Shown here: positions 49,201-57,318 of the stretch, one piece after another
Position numbering within the stretch: position 1 is the first letter of the stretch
How the letters are laid out: each line of letters opens with the position of its first letter
Virus record (IMG/VR): IMGVR_UViG_3300021425_003921
From: an uncultured virus (IMG/VR IMGVR_UViG_3300021425_003921)
Lineage: Duplodnaviria; Heunggongvirae; Uroviricota; Caudoviricetes
Length of the DNA: 64,000 nt
Reading direction: 5' to 3' (one strand)
Notes under the pieces: generated by a model
What the model was told of the DNA's origin: nothing
Seen by the model: only the letters and a program-made list of their open reading frames with translations
Database searches by the model: none
Position numbers and translations under genes: made by a program

Positions 49201-49501
49201 CCGCAGCAAAAAAACCATCTCTCCAAGAATACTCCGATAACAAAATGCTGTTAGGTAGATATCCCGAGCCTACGCCGGGATCAGAATCGGAAAAAGACCA
49301 ATCGGCTTGGTAAGATCCACAAAGAAAAACCATGTTATTGGCTACTTGCAGGTCGTTAATAATCCAAGATTCTTCAGTAACGGTGATTCCGTCCCAACGG
49401 GCTACAGAAAAAGTATCTCCCAAATGATAGCCACCAGCAATAACTCGGTCTAAAATTCCGGTCGGCAAATCTTCTACCGTAAGGTCAAAAGAAATACCCA
49501 T
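46247..49501 (-). CDS. Large beta-rich acidic protein (candidate spike/vertex) carrying the C-terminal motif of the candidate capsid proteins
   Basis: 1084 aa; near C-terminus VFLNYMLYDELDALIAVEVANLGLRVTPENVLWYKTHIL aligns with CFLKYTLYDGPDALIANKLLELGVTINPNNVDWYKRSLI. Confidence 0.7.
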   Translation of the reverse strand: MGISFDLTVEDLPTGILDRVIAGGYHLGDTFSVARWDGITVTEESWIINDLQVANNMVFLCGSYQADWSFSDSDPGVGSGYLPNSILLSEYSWRDGFFAAVAFDNLANPEAWHIIPCRNLIEQINVDNGTNALSTETGLKSMVIDRRTTSLGISEGSVYITAVGYAGVENCNFNGNFFPPPFQYLPYMNSIYDNQDFYPYIYTFKISSDPALVSDMTPESITNPDFVDLRAIDQLGKGFHLAGLTSNPDSGPNSIDLDNAYNLWGGIAVFPMEQFTYRGHEIGILFTPASAYINVDPYGRSFYGFFCPTAYEGMFPIIKPMEFLWTHPGYQASRIGNVAADLFNPESVSIGDEVHSDAHFWRRGTIPRRLHDVAMATSVPSLLVPNDSAFPFQSNQNFLGTLVFVGDCLTKSTCNMANDPATEYEPLVGYATNGYSDDFSWNQGVIYGYSSDNISLEDVATYSGGTNTSLVGATIKWVAPSFEIPVPEETSIYHILLGLEATNPENRAEILDFQPWLTNPYDSPAVYVNDFKVIGPYASWDGIWETTTGLELPEEWTNILAQPRDFTDDEVANGLWLQNYKRYTGTTGVPTGRSQVALGFIDRTRTGPYMLAYDPGSIDQDINPSFNNFGQPELFQGQSMFKQGSNGGTGGPGPPELATWISPGSNSNQVYYHIINSEGCYPDPVPFGGFTWSGVELNGFDLSAIYPGATSPPPTYTYTTIASLVSELNAALSYVISAGPPFNQNTPQGVNGLRFAATSDGLGIYIKVDNAILVANGGLDPTGYGYGLQINEPTFFGSPTNYPYQGAVGINYPFIGTQAVDVEPLRVTNAIGSFLELGEQFNDAIGDSSTTRRPISGDYDTDRDQWIFTFALVGGGFSVVAATTDYSEILDQTDNFKGTLPEGLLFANRQQTFFLDGVGFGGTYHNPHGVSNDTGYIVTGTTGRNVKVFLNYMLYDELDALIAVEVANLGLRVTPENVLWYKTHILGQNADVEVTLEEINSWMAQQRAQYEELKRNRKPISFDDGGKATVKDFILDDESIEDLLPELTRLPPNPDSDDSDADFLGNDLSGYIKDEEEKRRETDN

Positions 49502-49554
49502 GCGATGATTTTATCATCGCTTCTATTTATATCTAACGATGATTTTATCATCGT
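49502..49554 (-). promoter_or_regulatory. TATA box flanked by two perfect palindromes
   Basis: gcgatgat-ttt-atcatcgc (49502-49520), ctatttata (49523-49531), acgatgat-ttt-atcatcgt (49536-49554). Confidence 0.8.
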
Positions 49555-50057
49555 GTATCGGTCGGTGTCCATTCCGAAGTAACTCCTGCAAAGGTAGTAG
49601 GAATATCAATAACACGATTATAAGCCCGATATCTGATATCCCACCAAGTTCCGGGTGGGACTTCAATGGGAATTTTAGTTTTGTAAGCCGGCTGGTAAGC
49701 CGTAGAAATAGGATAGGGAGCACCAATACCTGACATTCCATCATAATCTCTCCCATCAAGAGTTTGATAATATCCAGTATCATCAATAATTACATTTACA
49801 AAACCACGGGGACCCCAATCTTGACCTGTTAATTGGTCGGCTTGAAATCCGCCGGGGGTTGAGCCAATATAATCAAGAACAATATATTCATCGGCTTCGG
49901 TATAGAGGGATTTGGTTAAAACCCCGAAACCATCTTCAATGTCAGCACCTACTAAAACCGATTGTTGTCGTTCTGAAAGAAGGTCTAATCGTTTTTGAGG
50001 TAGATTACCAAGATCGGTAAATTCGAATTCATATCCTTGTCGGCGGATAGACATCAA
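49548..50057 (-). CDS. Third, C-terminally truncated paralog of the candidate capsid proteins
   Basis: MSIRRQGYEF, EYIVLDYIGSTP, FVNVIIDDTGYY, GMSGIGAPYP, YQPAY...IEVPPGTWWD align with the 8665-9315 product. Confidence 0.7.
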   Translation of the reverse strand: MMSIRRQGYEFEFTDLGNLPQKRLDLLSERQQSVLVGADIEDGFGVLTKSLYTEADEYIVLDYIGSTPGGFQADQLTGQDWGPRGFVNVIIDDTGYYQTLDGRDYDGMSGIGAPYPISTAYQPAYKTKIPIEVPPGTWWDIRYRAYNRVIDIPTTFAGVTSEWTPTDTR

Positions 50058-50069
50058 TTTTTAATTGAG

Positions 50070-50594
50070 TCATTCATCTATATTAATCTTTCCTAAAGAA
50101 ATTTCGTAGGTGCCGTCTATGGTTTCTAACCACCACCCGTCAAGAAAAGTAATTTGTGATGAAGTATTAAAATAATGTGCTTCTTCATCTTTAATTTGTT
50201 GAGGTAGGTATCCTCTTCCTCTCCAAATCCCAATATAATCACGATAATTGGGACCTTTTATTTTACTATCATTATAAGGAGGTTCTAATTGTCCAGAATA
50301 GTCAATCCAAGTTGTTGCGGTGGTAGGTTTTGCAAAATCTCCGGTAATAAATTCTATTTGTGAATCAAAATGGCGAATTTTTAAAGTCGAAAAATCAGAG
50401 TTTCGGGGTTGATAAAGACTACCCATCATTTCTTCATCAGAACTGTGGTGAACTCCAATAAACAAAATTAGAGTATTAAAAAAATCGGTAGCGGCCTGTA
50501 AATCATTAAAATATAAATTATTGGGTTTAAAGGCGGAGTTGTGAACAATGTAAATATCAGATCTATTTCGCAACCAATTGATAATTTCGGTCAT
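50070..50594 (-). CDS. Hypothetical protein, EIINWLR N-terminal family
   Basis: GGTGA SD; begins MTEIINWLRN. Confidence 0.7.
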   Translation of the reverse strand: MTEIINWLRNRSDIYIVHNSAFKPNNLYFNDLQAATDFFNTLILFIGVHHSSDEEMMGSLYQPRNSDFSTLKIRHFDSQIEFITGDFAKPTTATTWIDYSGQLEPPYNDSKIKGPNYRDYIGIWRGRGYLPQQIKDEEAHYFNTSSQITFLDGWWLETIDGTYEISLGKINIDE

Positions 50595-50599
50595 CGAAA

Positions 50600-50947
50600 T
50601 CACCTATCATCATGGTGGTTTAATCGTCGAAGGGCACGACGAGTTAATAATTGTTTAAGAGAAACTCTTTGTTTTTGTCCGTAAAGAGTAGAGTTAATAT
50701 GTTCTCGGCGTTGTTCTCGATCTAATTCGGCTTTAATTTCTGGAAAGTCCATATGATGATTAACTTGGTTAATCCATGAAGGCTTTTGATTTTGGGGGTG
50801 AAAGGGGGTGGGGTCTGAGGGGAGGGGGAGTAAACGAGTATCAGGAGCCTCTTGGTGTTTTTGGTCTAATCCTAAAACGGCTTGTTGGCGAAGTTCTTTT
50901 TGGCGTTGTTCACGAAGAGCCGCCATAAACTCAGCGTAATTACTCAT
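50600..50947 (-). CDS. Hypothetical protein
   Basis: 115 aa, Q/R-rich. Confidence 0.7.
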   Translation of the reverse strand: MSNYAEFMAALREQRQKELRQQAVLGLDQKHQEAPDTRLLPLPSDPTPFHPQNQKPSWINQVNHHMDFPEIKAELDREQRREHINSTLYGQKQRVSLKQLLTRRALRRLNHHDDR

Positions 50948-51137
50948 CCGAAGAAGCCTCCTTAGCAGGAGTCTTGATTTGAACTAAACGAAGTCCGAGA
51001 TAGATGGCTCCAACAGAACCTACTAATACGGTGGCGGGGCGATGACAGCCCATGCCATAAAGAGCACGAAGATTAGCAATGGCAAAGTATCCTCCGCCGA
51101 CAATAGTGGCGATACCAGCAACTTGTTTCCAATTCAT
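50940..51137 (-). CDS. Small two-TM protein
   Basis: 65 aa; TATA at 51159 with 8-bp inverted repeat. Confidence 0.75.
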   Translation of the reverse strand: MNWKQVAGIATIVGGGYFAIANLRALYGMGCHRPATVLVGSVGAIYLGLRLVQIKTPAKEASSDE

Positions 51138-51168
51138 GCAGAATGGTTATACATTCTGCTATTTATAG

Positions 51169-52191
51169 TTATTGTTTCCAATACCAATAATCTTCAGCCC
51201 GTTTGGTGGATTTAGTATCTCGAACCCATCGTTGGCTTTTGCCCGCAGGTTTGACTTCCCACATGAAACCGTCGTTGCCACGCATTCGAGTTCCAATCTT
51301 TCGCTTGGTGGCTGAAATATCTGGACTCTTGCGATCAGTTTTCTTAGCCGGGGCTTTTGCTCGTGGCTTGGGCTTGGCTTTAGCCTTTGGTTTCTTTGCC
51401 GCAGGCTTACGAGCAGGTGTTTTTGCTTTTGGTTTACGGGCAGGGGCTTTTGCTTTGGGTTTAGCCACAGGTTTTTTCATAGCCGCCAACAATTTGGGAT
51501 TTAATTTCCATTCGAAAGCCACGGGGCCCATGGCATAATATCCGGCTTCATCGTCATCTCCCCCACATTCGGTAACTACGGCAACTTTACCAGTTTGATA
51601 ATTATGTAATACTACCGTATGAGAACCATAACTCCTCGGAATTAAACTATGCCAACCATCCTTGAAATCGAGGGGCCGACCCCAACCCCAAAAGAAACTT
51701 GCGGGACTATTTGGCAGATATTTATGGGGCTTTTTACCACCCCAAGTCATCGATTTTTGAAACTTGTTGTAAACTGAATTAACAGAAGTTTTGTCATAAA
51801 TCAAATCCATCGGGGCATAAGATTCAACCCATTGGCTTCCATCCTTAATAAAATTGTATTGGGATTTAGGATTGATTTTTTTGGATCTGAGGGCAGCAGC
51901 ATAAGATCTGGGAACATAATCCTTAAAAAGTTTCACCATATCTTTTGTTTTTACTTCAACGAATCCCTTTTTCTTGTAGGCAGCCACGGTTGATTTGAAA
52001 TTGTTGCGTGGAAACTTAAAATCTTTCCATTTCTTTTTTTGTGTGGCAGTCATAACTTCCTTAAAATCCGATTGCGTCCAATCCTCGTAAATAAATGCGA
52101 CGGGTTTTGTAGCCGTGGCTTTTTGAACCCAAAGCCAATTATATTCACCCGTGTATAATTTATCTTCTTGGGGTGGTAGAATATAAGGCAT
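51169..52191 (-). CDS. Basic protein with histone-H1-like K/A/P linker, paralog of 14630-15361
   Basis: DDDEAGYY; KPKAKAPARKPKAKTPARK; identical C-terminal RDTKSTKRAEDYWYWKQ; TATA at 52213. Confidence 0.8.
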   Translation of the reverse strand: MPYILPPQEDKLYTGEYNWLWVQKATATKPVAFIYEDWTQSDFKEVMTATQKKKWKDFKFPRNNFKSTVAAYKKKGFVEVKTKDMVKLFKDYVPRSYAAALRSKKINPKSQYNFIKDGSQWVESYAPMDLIYDKTSVNSVYNKFQKSMTWGGKKPHKYLPNSPASFFWGWGRPLDFKDGWHSLIPRSYGSHTVVLHNYQTGKVAVVTECGGDDDEAGYYAMGPVAFEWKLNPKLLAAMKKPVAKPKAKAPARKPKAKTPARKPAAKKPKAKAKPKPRAKAPAKKTDRKSPDISATKRKIGTRMRGNDGFMWEVKPAGKSQRWVRDTKSTKRAEDYWYWKQ

Positions 52192-52222
52192 AGAAGGATT
52201 TAATCCCTCTAACTATTTATAT

Positions 52223-52486
52223 TTATCGTCGGCGGGTAGGGCTTAATCGAGGTTGGCGTCCACCACTAAGCCAACGAATCATGGATAAGACTCCTACACA
52301 GTAGCCTAATCTTTCTCGATAAACGGCTACTTGTGCGGAATATCTTAGGGCTGATTTAAGATTTTTGGCTTTTCCAGCCTGAACTACTTTTTTAGATAGG
52401 TCCGAAACCATGGTTTCGTATTCTCGACGAAGAGTTTCAAACTCAGCAAATAATTGAGTGAGGTCGTTCTGTTGAAGAGATCTCAT
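52223..52486 (-). CDS. Small helical basic protein
   Basis: 87 aa; TATA at 52508 with 8-bp inverted repeat. Confidence 0.75.
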   Translation of the reverse strand: MRSLQQNDLTQLFAEFETLRREYETMVSDLSKKVVQAGKAKNLKSALRYSAQVAVYRERLGYCVGVLSMIRWLSGGRQPRLSPTRRR

Positions 52487-52519
52487 GTCGTTTGGTTCGT
52501 CAAACGACTATTTATAATT

Positions 52520-53404
52520 TTAGTTCAAGAAATCATAATAACGATAATCATAATTGATGGTGGGAATTGGTTGGAGGTTTGCAGTAGTAACTCTCACAGT
52601 GGAAACTAATTTATTAAAAATTGGTATTTGGGCGTTTGCATAAGTTATCCAACCTTGAGACTTATTATTAACCATTTCATCAATCCAATCTTGAAAAGGT
52701 AATTTGGGGGTGGGAACTGAACTGTAAATTTGGCTTATATCATAAGGCTGTCCTCGCCAACCGGGTGCGGCTTTATACTTAGCGTAATCTTTGACTACTG
52801 TTGTTGGAGAGGCAATTAACATGGTGTTGGTGACAGCATTTTTTCGGCCTGCGTTATAAGTGTATTGAATAACCGGGCCTTTAGGATTATATTGATTAGG
52901 AGCATTACCTTTTGCATCAATCATCAATAAACCGGGATAATATTTAGCAGGTCCAAGAGGGGCTTTCCAACCGGAGGGTCTGGTGGCAGGATACCAATCG
53001 TAAACTTCTTGGGTGGCATCTTGAGATTGACTTTTTAGCCAAGTAAAGAAATCCTTAAAAGAAAAAGTAGTATCGTTTTTATATCTTCGGGTATTGACAT
53101 TATCCATGTTAAAATACATTTTTTGTTGTTCCGATGCCCAATTAGATAACCATTGATTATCATCGGTCCAATTTGGATCTTGATTGGATAATTTAAACCA
53201 AGCCATTAAGGCTGAAAAATGTCCCCAAACTGTGCTCGAAGTAAGTTCTAAAGCCTGTTGTTCTTGGTTTGATCCTTGGGCATAGGTCCCTCGCCTATAA
53301 CCCCAATTAAAAAAACCGTAGGCTCGATAACCGCTGGTGGAAAAACAACTGGTAATATATGCCCATAAATCATCGGGAGAATTGATATTGTCGGCAATAC
53401 CCAT
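52520..53404 (-). CDS. Hypothetical W/Y/N-rich protein
   Basis: 294 aa; TATA-like box at 53426. Confidence 0.8.
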   Translation of the reverse strand: MGIADNINSPDDLWAYITSCFSTSGYRAYGFFNWGYRRGTYAQGSNQEQQALELTSSTVWGHFSALMAWFKLSNQDPNWTDDNQWLSNWASEQQKMYFNMDNVNTRRYKNDTTFSFKDFFTWLKSQSQDATQEVYDWYPATRPSGWKAPLGPAKYYPGLLMIDAKGNAPNQYNPKGPVIQYTYNAGRKNAVTNTMLIASPTTVVKDYAKYKAAPGWRGQPYDISQIYSSVPTPKLPFQDWIDEMVNNKSQGWITYANAQIPIFNKLVSTVRVTTANLQPIPTINYDYRYYDFLN

Positions 53405-53442
53405 ACTGACTAATTAATCATTCTACTATTTATTACTTTTGG

Positions 53443-53817
53443 TTAAGAAAATGATTCTCCACAACCACAAGAAGCAGAAGCATTAGGATTATTGATTTTG
53501 AATCCACCACCCATTAGTTTCTCGACATAATCGATTTCAATACCATGTAGTAAATGCGAAGCCACATCAGGTATCAAAACTCGAACTCCTGAAACGGTTA
53601 GTTCTTGACATTGGGGGTCATTACCCTCAATGACCTGAAGGTCATACATATAGCCAGAACAACCTCCTGAAAGGACGCCGACTAAAAGGGCATCTTGGGG
53701 TCCCATGGCCTCAGAGAGTCGCTCTAAGGCTACAGGAGTGATAGAAACCTCGGCTTCCACCTTTTCGGGTTGAATTAGGTTTAAGGGACTACTAATTTCA
53801 CAAGTTCCGCAATCCAT
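53443..53817 (-). CDS. iscA: HesB/IscA family Fe-S cluster assembly (A-type carrier) protein
   Basis: ITPVA, GGCSGYMY, IEIDY, GFKINNPNA, SCGCGESF; GGAAGTGA SD favours ATG at 53817. Confidence 0.9.
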   Translation of the reverse strand: MDCGTCEISSPLNLIQPEKVEAEVSITPVALERLSEAMGPQDALLVGVLSGGCSGYMYDLQVIEGNDPQCQELTVSGVRVLIPDVASHLLHGIEIDYVEKLMGGGFKINNPNASASCGCGESFS

Positions 53818-53847
53818 ATTATTCACTTCCAAACATCCATATGTAGT

Positions 53848-53952
53848 TTACCTTTGTTTAGGAACACGCCAACTGTGAATAAACAACCAAGAAAACATTG
53901 TAAGAAATACTCCGATCACAAAAAGTGCTGCAAACCAATCGGCATTATTCAT
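53848..53952 (-). CDS. 34-aa single-TM microprotein
   Basis: MNNADWFAALFVIGVFLTMFSWLFIHSWRVPKQR with GGAGATGA SD. Confidence 0.5.
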   Translation of the reverse strand: MNNADWFAALFVIGVFLTMFSWLFIHSWRVPKQR

Positions 53953-54081
53953 GGTAATTCATCTCCAAATAAATGACTCCACGGCCACATAAGCAACCAC
54001 ACAACCGCACGAAACAAGTTCAAGAAGAGATTCCACATAGAATCTCATCCATCATTACTTGCCGTGTAGTGTAGTGGAAAC

Positions 54082-55776
54082 TCACAGTTCAAACTCATCA
54101 AGGATGCCGTCGTTATCGTCGTCGGAATCCATGTAGTCTTCTACGCCATCGTTATCATGATCGAACTGTCCGGTAAGGTCGTTACCATCATTGTTCTCGA
54201 ACCAATCGCTGAGTCCGTCGTTGTCGTCATCAAGGTCAGTCATGTCCCAAATACCGTCGTTATCGTGGTCGTAGCGGTAGTTTCCTACCATACCATCAAC
54301 TTCATCAACATCGAGGATGTTGTCGTTGTCGTCGTCGGTGTCTACGCCATCATTGAGTCCATCGTTATCGTGGTCACGCATAGCCGAGGTTCCATTGTCG
54401 TAAAGGTCTTTGTAATTGTCGATTCCATCGTTGTCGATATCAAGATCTACATTATCAGGAATGTTATCATTGTCGTGGTCGTAAATGTTGGTGTTGGGGT
54501 TGCCGTCATTGACTTCCTCACGGTCGTCTATGCCGTCGCCGTCATCGTCGTCGTCTTCGGCATCATTGATACCGTCGTTGTCGTGGTCCATTGGGTTGTC
54601 GTCGAGGACATCGGGGATTCCATCGTTATCGTCGTCGTTATCAATTTCGTTAGGGATGCCGTCGCCGTCGTTGTCATTGTCGCCATTCTGAGCCTGATTG
54701 TCTAACTGTTGGCCTTGTTGTTGGTCGGATTGTTGTCCTTGTTGGCCTTGTTGTCCATTTTGGGTTTGACCTTGCTGTTGCTCGTTTTGCCCATTTTGGT
54801 TTTGTCCATTTTGGTCTCCGGCTTGTTGATCAGTTTGCTGACCTCCCTGTTGTCCACCTTGTTGTTGTTGGCCTTGACCATTATCTTGTTGCTGGCCTTG
54901 TTGGCCTTGTTGTCCTGATTGTTGTGAACCTTGGCCTTGTTGGCCTTGTTGTCCCTGTTGGCCTTGCTGACCTTGCTGACCTTGCTGGCCTTGTTGTCCT
55001 TGTTGGCCTTGTTGTCCAGACTGTCCTTGGCCCTGTCCTTGACCTTGACCTTGGCCTTGGCCTTGGCCTTGACCCTGACCCTGACCTTGCCCCTGTCCTT
55101 GACCTTGGCCCTGCCCTTGTCCTTGTCCTTGTCCTTGTCCTTGACCTTGGCCTTGTCCCTGACCTTGACCTTGGCCTTGGCCTTGGCCTTGTCCTTGGCC
55201 TTGCCCTTGCCCTTGGCCTTGGCCCTGTCCTTGACCTTGGCCTTGACCTTCGCCTTGTCCACCTGCGTCGGATTCGCCGCCGCCTTCGGTGCCACCATCG
55301 CCGCTACCGGCTTGGGACTCTTGGAAATCAGGGTCGTAAGCATCAGGAATGCCATCGCCATCAGAATCGGAGTATTCACCATCATTAGGATCTGTAGGGA
55401 ATTGGTCCGTAGCATCGGACTTTCCATCACCGTCTGTATCAGCGTTGTTTGGATTTGTGCCCTTGGCATACTCTTGAGCGTTAGTCAATCCATCGTTATC
55501 GGGGTCGGCGTTGCCGTCGCCACCGTTAGTGGGATTGAGACCGTTGGAGACTTCCCAACCATCTGGGAGTCCATCGCCATCAGAATCAGCGTTGTTCATG
55601 TTAGTGCCTTGAGATTGTTCTTCAGCGTTGGTGAGACCATCGCCATCCCAATCGGCTCCACCGTCGGAGGGGTCGAGAGGGTCAGAACCATCGGCGGCTC
55701 CAATACCTGCACTCATAGCGAGCATTAGGGCAGTTAAAATTGTAAGCATCGTATTTTTGAATTTATTTGTCTTCAT
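54082..55776 (-). CDS. Secreted Ca-binding (thrombospondin type 3-like DxDxDG) repeat protein with central GQ/GQQ tract
   Basis: Signal peptide; many DxDxDG/DHDNDG repeats; (GQ)n; visibly higher GC than flanks. Confidence 0.85.
   Translation of the reverse strand: MKTNKFKNTMLTILTALMLAMSAGIGAADGSDPLDPSDGGADWDGDGLTNAEEQSQGTNMNNADSDGDGLPDGWEVSNGLNPTNGGDGNADPDNDGLTNAQEYAKGTNPNNADTDGDGKSDATDQFPTDPNDGEYSDSDGDGIPDAYDPDFQESQAGSGDGGTEGGGESDAGGQGEGQGQGQGQGQGQGQGQGQGQGQGQGQGQGQGQGQGQGQGQGQGQGQGQGQGQGQGQGQGQGQGQGQGQGQGQGQGQSGQQGQQGQQGQQGQQGQQGQQGQQGQQGQGSQQSGQQGQQGQQQDNGQGQQQQGGQQGGQQTDQQAGDQNGQNQNGQNEQQQGQTQNGQQGQQGQQSDQQQGQQLDNQAQNGDNDNDGDGIPNEIDNDDDNDGIPDVLDDNPMDHDNDGINDAEDDDDDGDGIDDREEVNDGNPNTNIYDHDNDNIPDNVDLDIDNDGIDNYKDLYDNGTSAMRDHDNDGLNDGVDTDDDNDNILDVDEVDGMVGNYRYDHDNDGIWDMTDLDDDNDGLSDWFENNDGNDLTGQFDHDNDGVEDYMDSDDDNDGILDEFEL
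54931..55260 (-). repeat. Coding microsatellite: about 40 GGN-CAR hexamers (55021-55260) followed by GGN-CAR-CAR nonamers
   Basis: Plus-strand ttggcc/ttgacc/ttgtcc arrays; variation mostly at third codon positions. Confidence 0.9.
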
Positions 55777-55877
55777 AGTAATCTTTTTCCTATATATAGT
55801 TATTCATAGGGAAACCGCTTTTCCCTCTAATCTAATATTAGATGTTTTCTCCTATATATAGTTTGTGGTGATATGTA

Positions 55878-56279
55878 TCACTCTTCAGAATCGTCAGATT
55901 CGGCATGATGTTCACGATGACAATTAGCACACAACAATTCTAAAGTATGGATTTTGGCTTTGAGATCTTGCCAAGAATAATCGGTAATTCCTTTTTGTCT
56001 AATTACTCCACTACCACCTTGTTGGCCCGGACGAACCAAACCCCACTTTTGTTTTAGGGTTGAATCGGTATGATGAATATCTAATCCGGCGGGGTTATCG
56101 TAGCCACATTTTTGGCAGACACCACCCAATTGAGAATGCAACCAATCTTTCTTTTCTTGTCGGCGTTGTCTTTTATTTTTTACCGAGCGTTGAATAAACG
56201 CATCTTTGTTATTAAGATAATACTTGCGTTGATACTGCTTTTGATAGGCTTTTCGTTTAGCAGGATCTTTGAAAGGCAT
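55878..56279 (-). CDS. HNH endonuclease
   Basis: CQKCG...LDIHH...LLCANCHREHH; AAGGTGA SD supports start at 56279. Confidence 0.85.
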   Translation of the reverse strand: MPFKDPAKRKAYQKQYQRKYYLNNKDAFIQRSVKNKRQRRQEKKDWLHSQLGGVCQKCGYDNPAGLDIHHTDSTLKQKWGLVRPGQQGGSGVIRQKGITDYSWQDLKAKIHTLELLCANCHREHHAESDDSEE

Positions 56280-56290
56280 TATATCACCTT

Positions 56291-56608
56291 TCAAGCCATG
56301 TCTTGCTTAGTATCCTCGTCAAAATCTTCGGCAGATTCATCAATGTGAATTTCCGGGGTATCGTCGTCAGAAGTTTCTGATTCCGAAAGTTTTTCAACGG
56401 TAACTCGATAAGTGTTACCATTTCGTTTGACGGTTTTAGTAGATACTACCTTGAACTCCATTTTGGGTTCAGGTTTGGGTGCTACTTCATCCATGGCTTC
56501 TTCCATCATGCGATAAAGATCTTGATAGAAATTGCTAAATCTTCGGCTGGTCAAAGGTCGGCTATAATAGTTACTATATCTAAAAATGTCATCCCACATA
56601 ATTATCAA
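56291..56608 (-). CDS. Hypothetical protein
   Basis: 105 aa; start codon uncertain. Confidence 0.65.
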   Translation of the reverse strand: MIIMWDDIFRYSNYYSRPLTSRRFSNFYQDLYRMMEEAMDEVAPKPEPKMEFKVVSTKTVKRNGNTYRVTVEKLSESETSDDDTPEIHIDESAEDFDEDTKQDMA

Positions 56609-56636
56609 CTAAAAAAGTTTGTAGGCGACCACCTAC

Positions 56637-57041
56637 TTATATCTTTCTTTTGTTAATAGCATCGTATCTTATTGTTAATCCAATGGCTTCCTTAATAATA
56701 TTATTGGGCCAATCATTAGATTCATCAATGCCGTGTTTTAGATATATATAGGCGGGGTCCATTTGGTTCCACCCACCGGCAATGTCCACCAGTCTAAAAC
56801 CAAGATATTCATCAATTACCTCAAGTTCGGTCATCACGCTATCTTGAAAACGGTTATTAATTTTAATATTTTGCAACAACAAATCTATTCTTTGTTGGGT
56901 CCATACTCCTTCGTCAATTTGAAAATACCAACCTTGAGAATATAATTCTCGAAGAACTTCCTTAAGCGGAGTATCATACCTCTCCCATTGTTCCAAATAT
57001 TCAGCAATATTTTCTTGGGCTGTTCTAAGATCAACTATCAT
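56637..57041 (-). CDS. Hypothetical protein
   Basis: GAAGGTGA SD supports ATG at 57041 and removes the overlap with 57046-57318. Confidence 0.7.
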   Translation of the reverse strand: MIVDLRTAQENIAEYLEQWERYDTPLKEVLRELYSQGWYFQIDEGVWTQQRIDLLLQNIKINNRFQDSVMTELEVIDEYLGFRLVDIAGGWNQMDPAYIYLKHGIDESNDWPNNIIKEAIGLTIRYDAINKRKI

Positions 57042-57045
57042 GATA

Positions 57046-57318
57046 TCACCTTCGGTCTTTTTTGAGCATATCTCTAATTCCGGGGATTTCGAAATCGACA
57101 TTAGGTGCTTTGGTAATATCGGTAGCAGGTTTGGGTGCTCCCAATTTACTATCAGAACCAATCTTTTGACCACCTTTACCGGGGCGGGTGGCTTCATAAT
57201 GGGCATTAACAATATCTTGGGCAGTTAGGTTGGGTTGTAGTTGTGGTTTAACGCTGGAAGACATGATTTTATGTTTTTCTGCTTCCATAGCCTTTAAAAT
57301 ATCTTCTTTAGTAGTCAT
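57046..57318 (-). CDS. Small basic hypothetical protein
   Basis: 90 aa; GAGGTGA SD. Confidence 0.75.
   Translation of the reverse strand: MTTKEDILKAMEAEKHKIMSSSVKPQLQPNLTAQDIVNAHYEATRPGKGGQKIGSDSKLGAPKPATDITKAPNVDFEIPGIRDMLKKDRR

Noticed and set aside
49501..49550. Readthrough or frameshift fusing the two capsid-like halves
   Set aside because: There are tandem stops (TGA TAA), the ORFs are in different frames, and a dedicated TATA box sits at standard spacing before 49501.
53949..54048. Microprotein between the repeat gene and 53848-53952
   Set aside because: Two competing ~29-aa frames are possible, and sequence alone cannot decide between them.
54931..55260. CRISPR array
   Set aside because: It is a tandem coding microsatellite without unique spacers. 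No repeat-spacer array or cas gene was seen in the window.
54157..55728. Long alternative-frame and antisense ORFs (54702-55469, 54931-55728, 54924-55388, 54157-54705)
   Set aside because: These are shadows of the GQ and Asp-rich repeats, with no promoter or SD.
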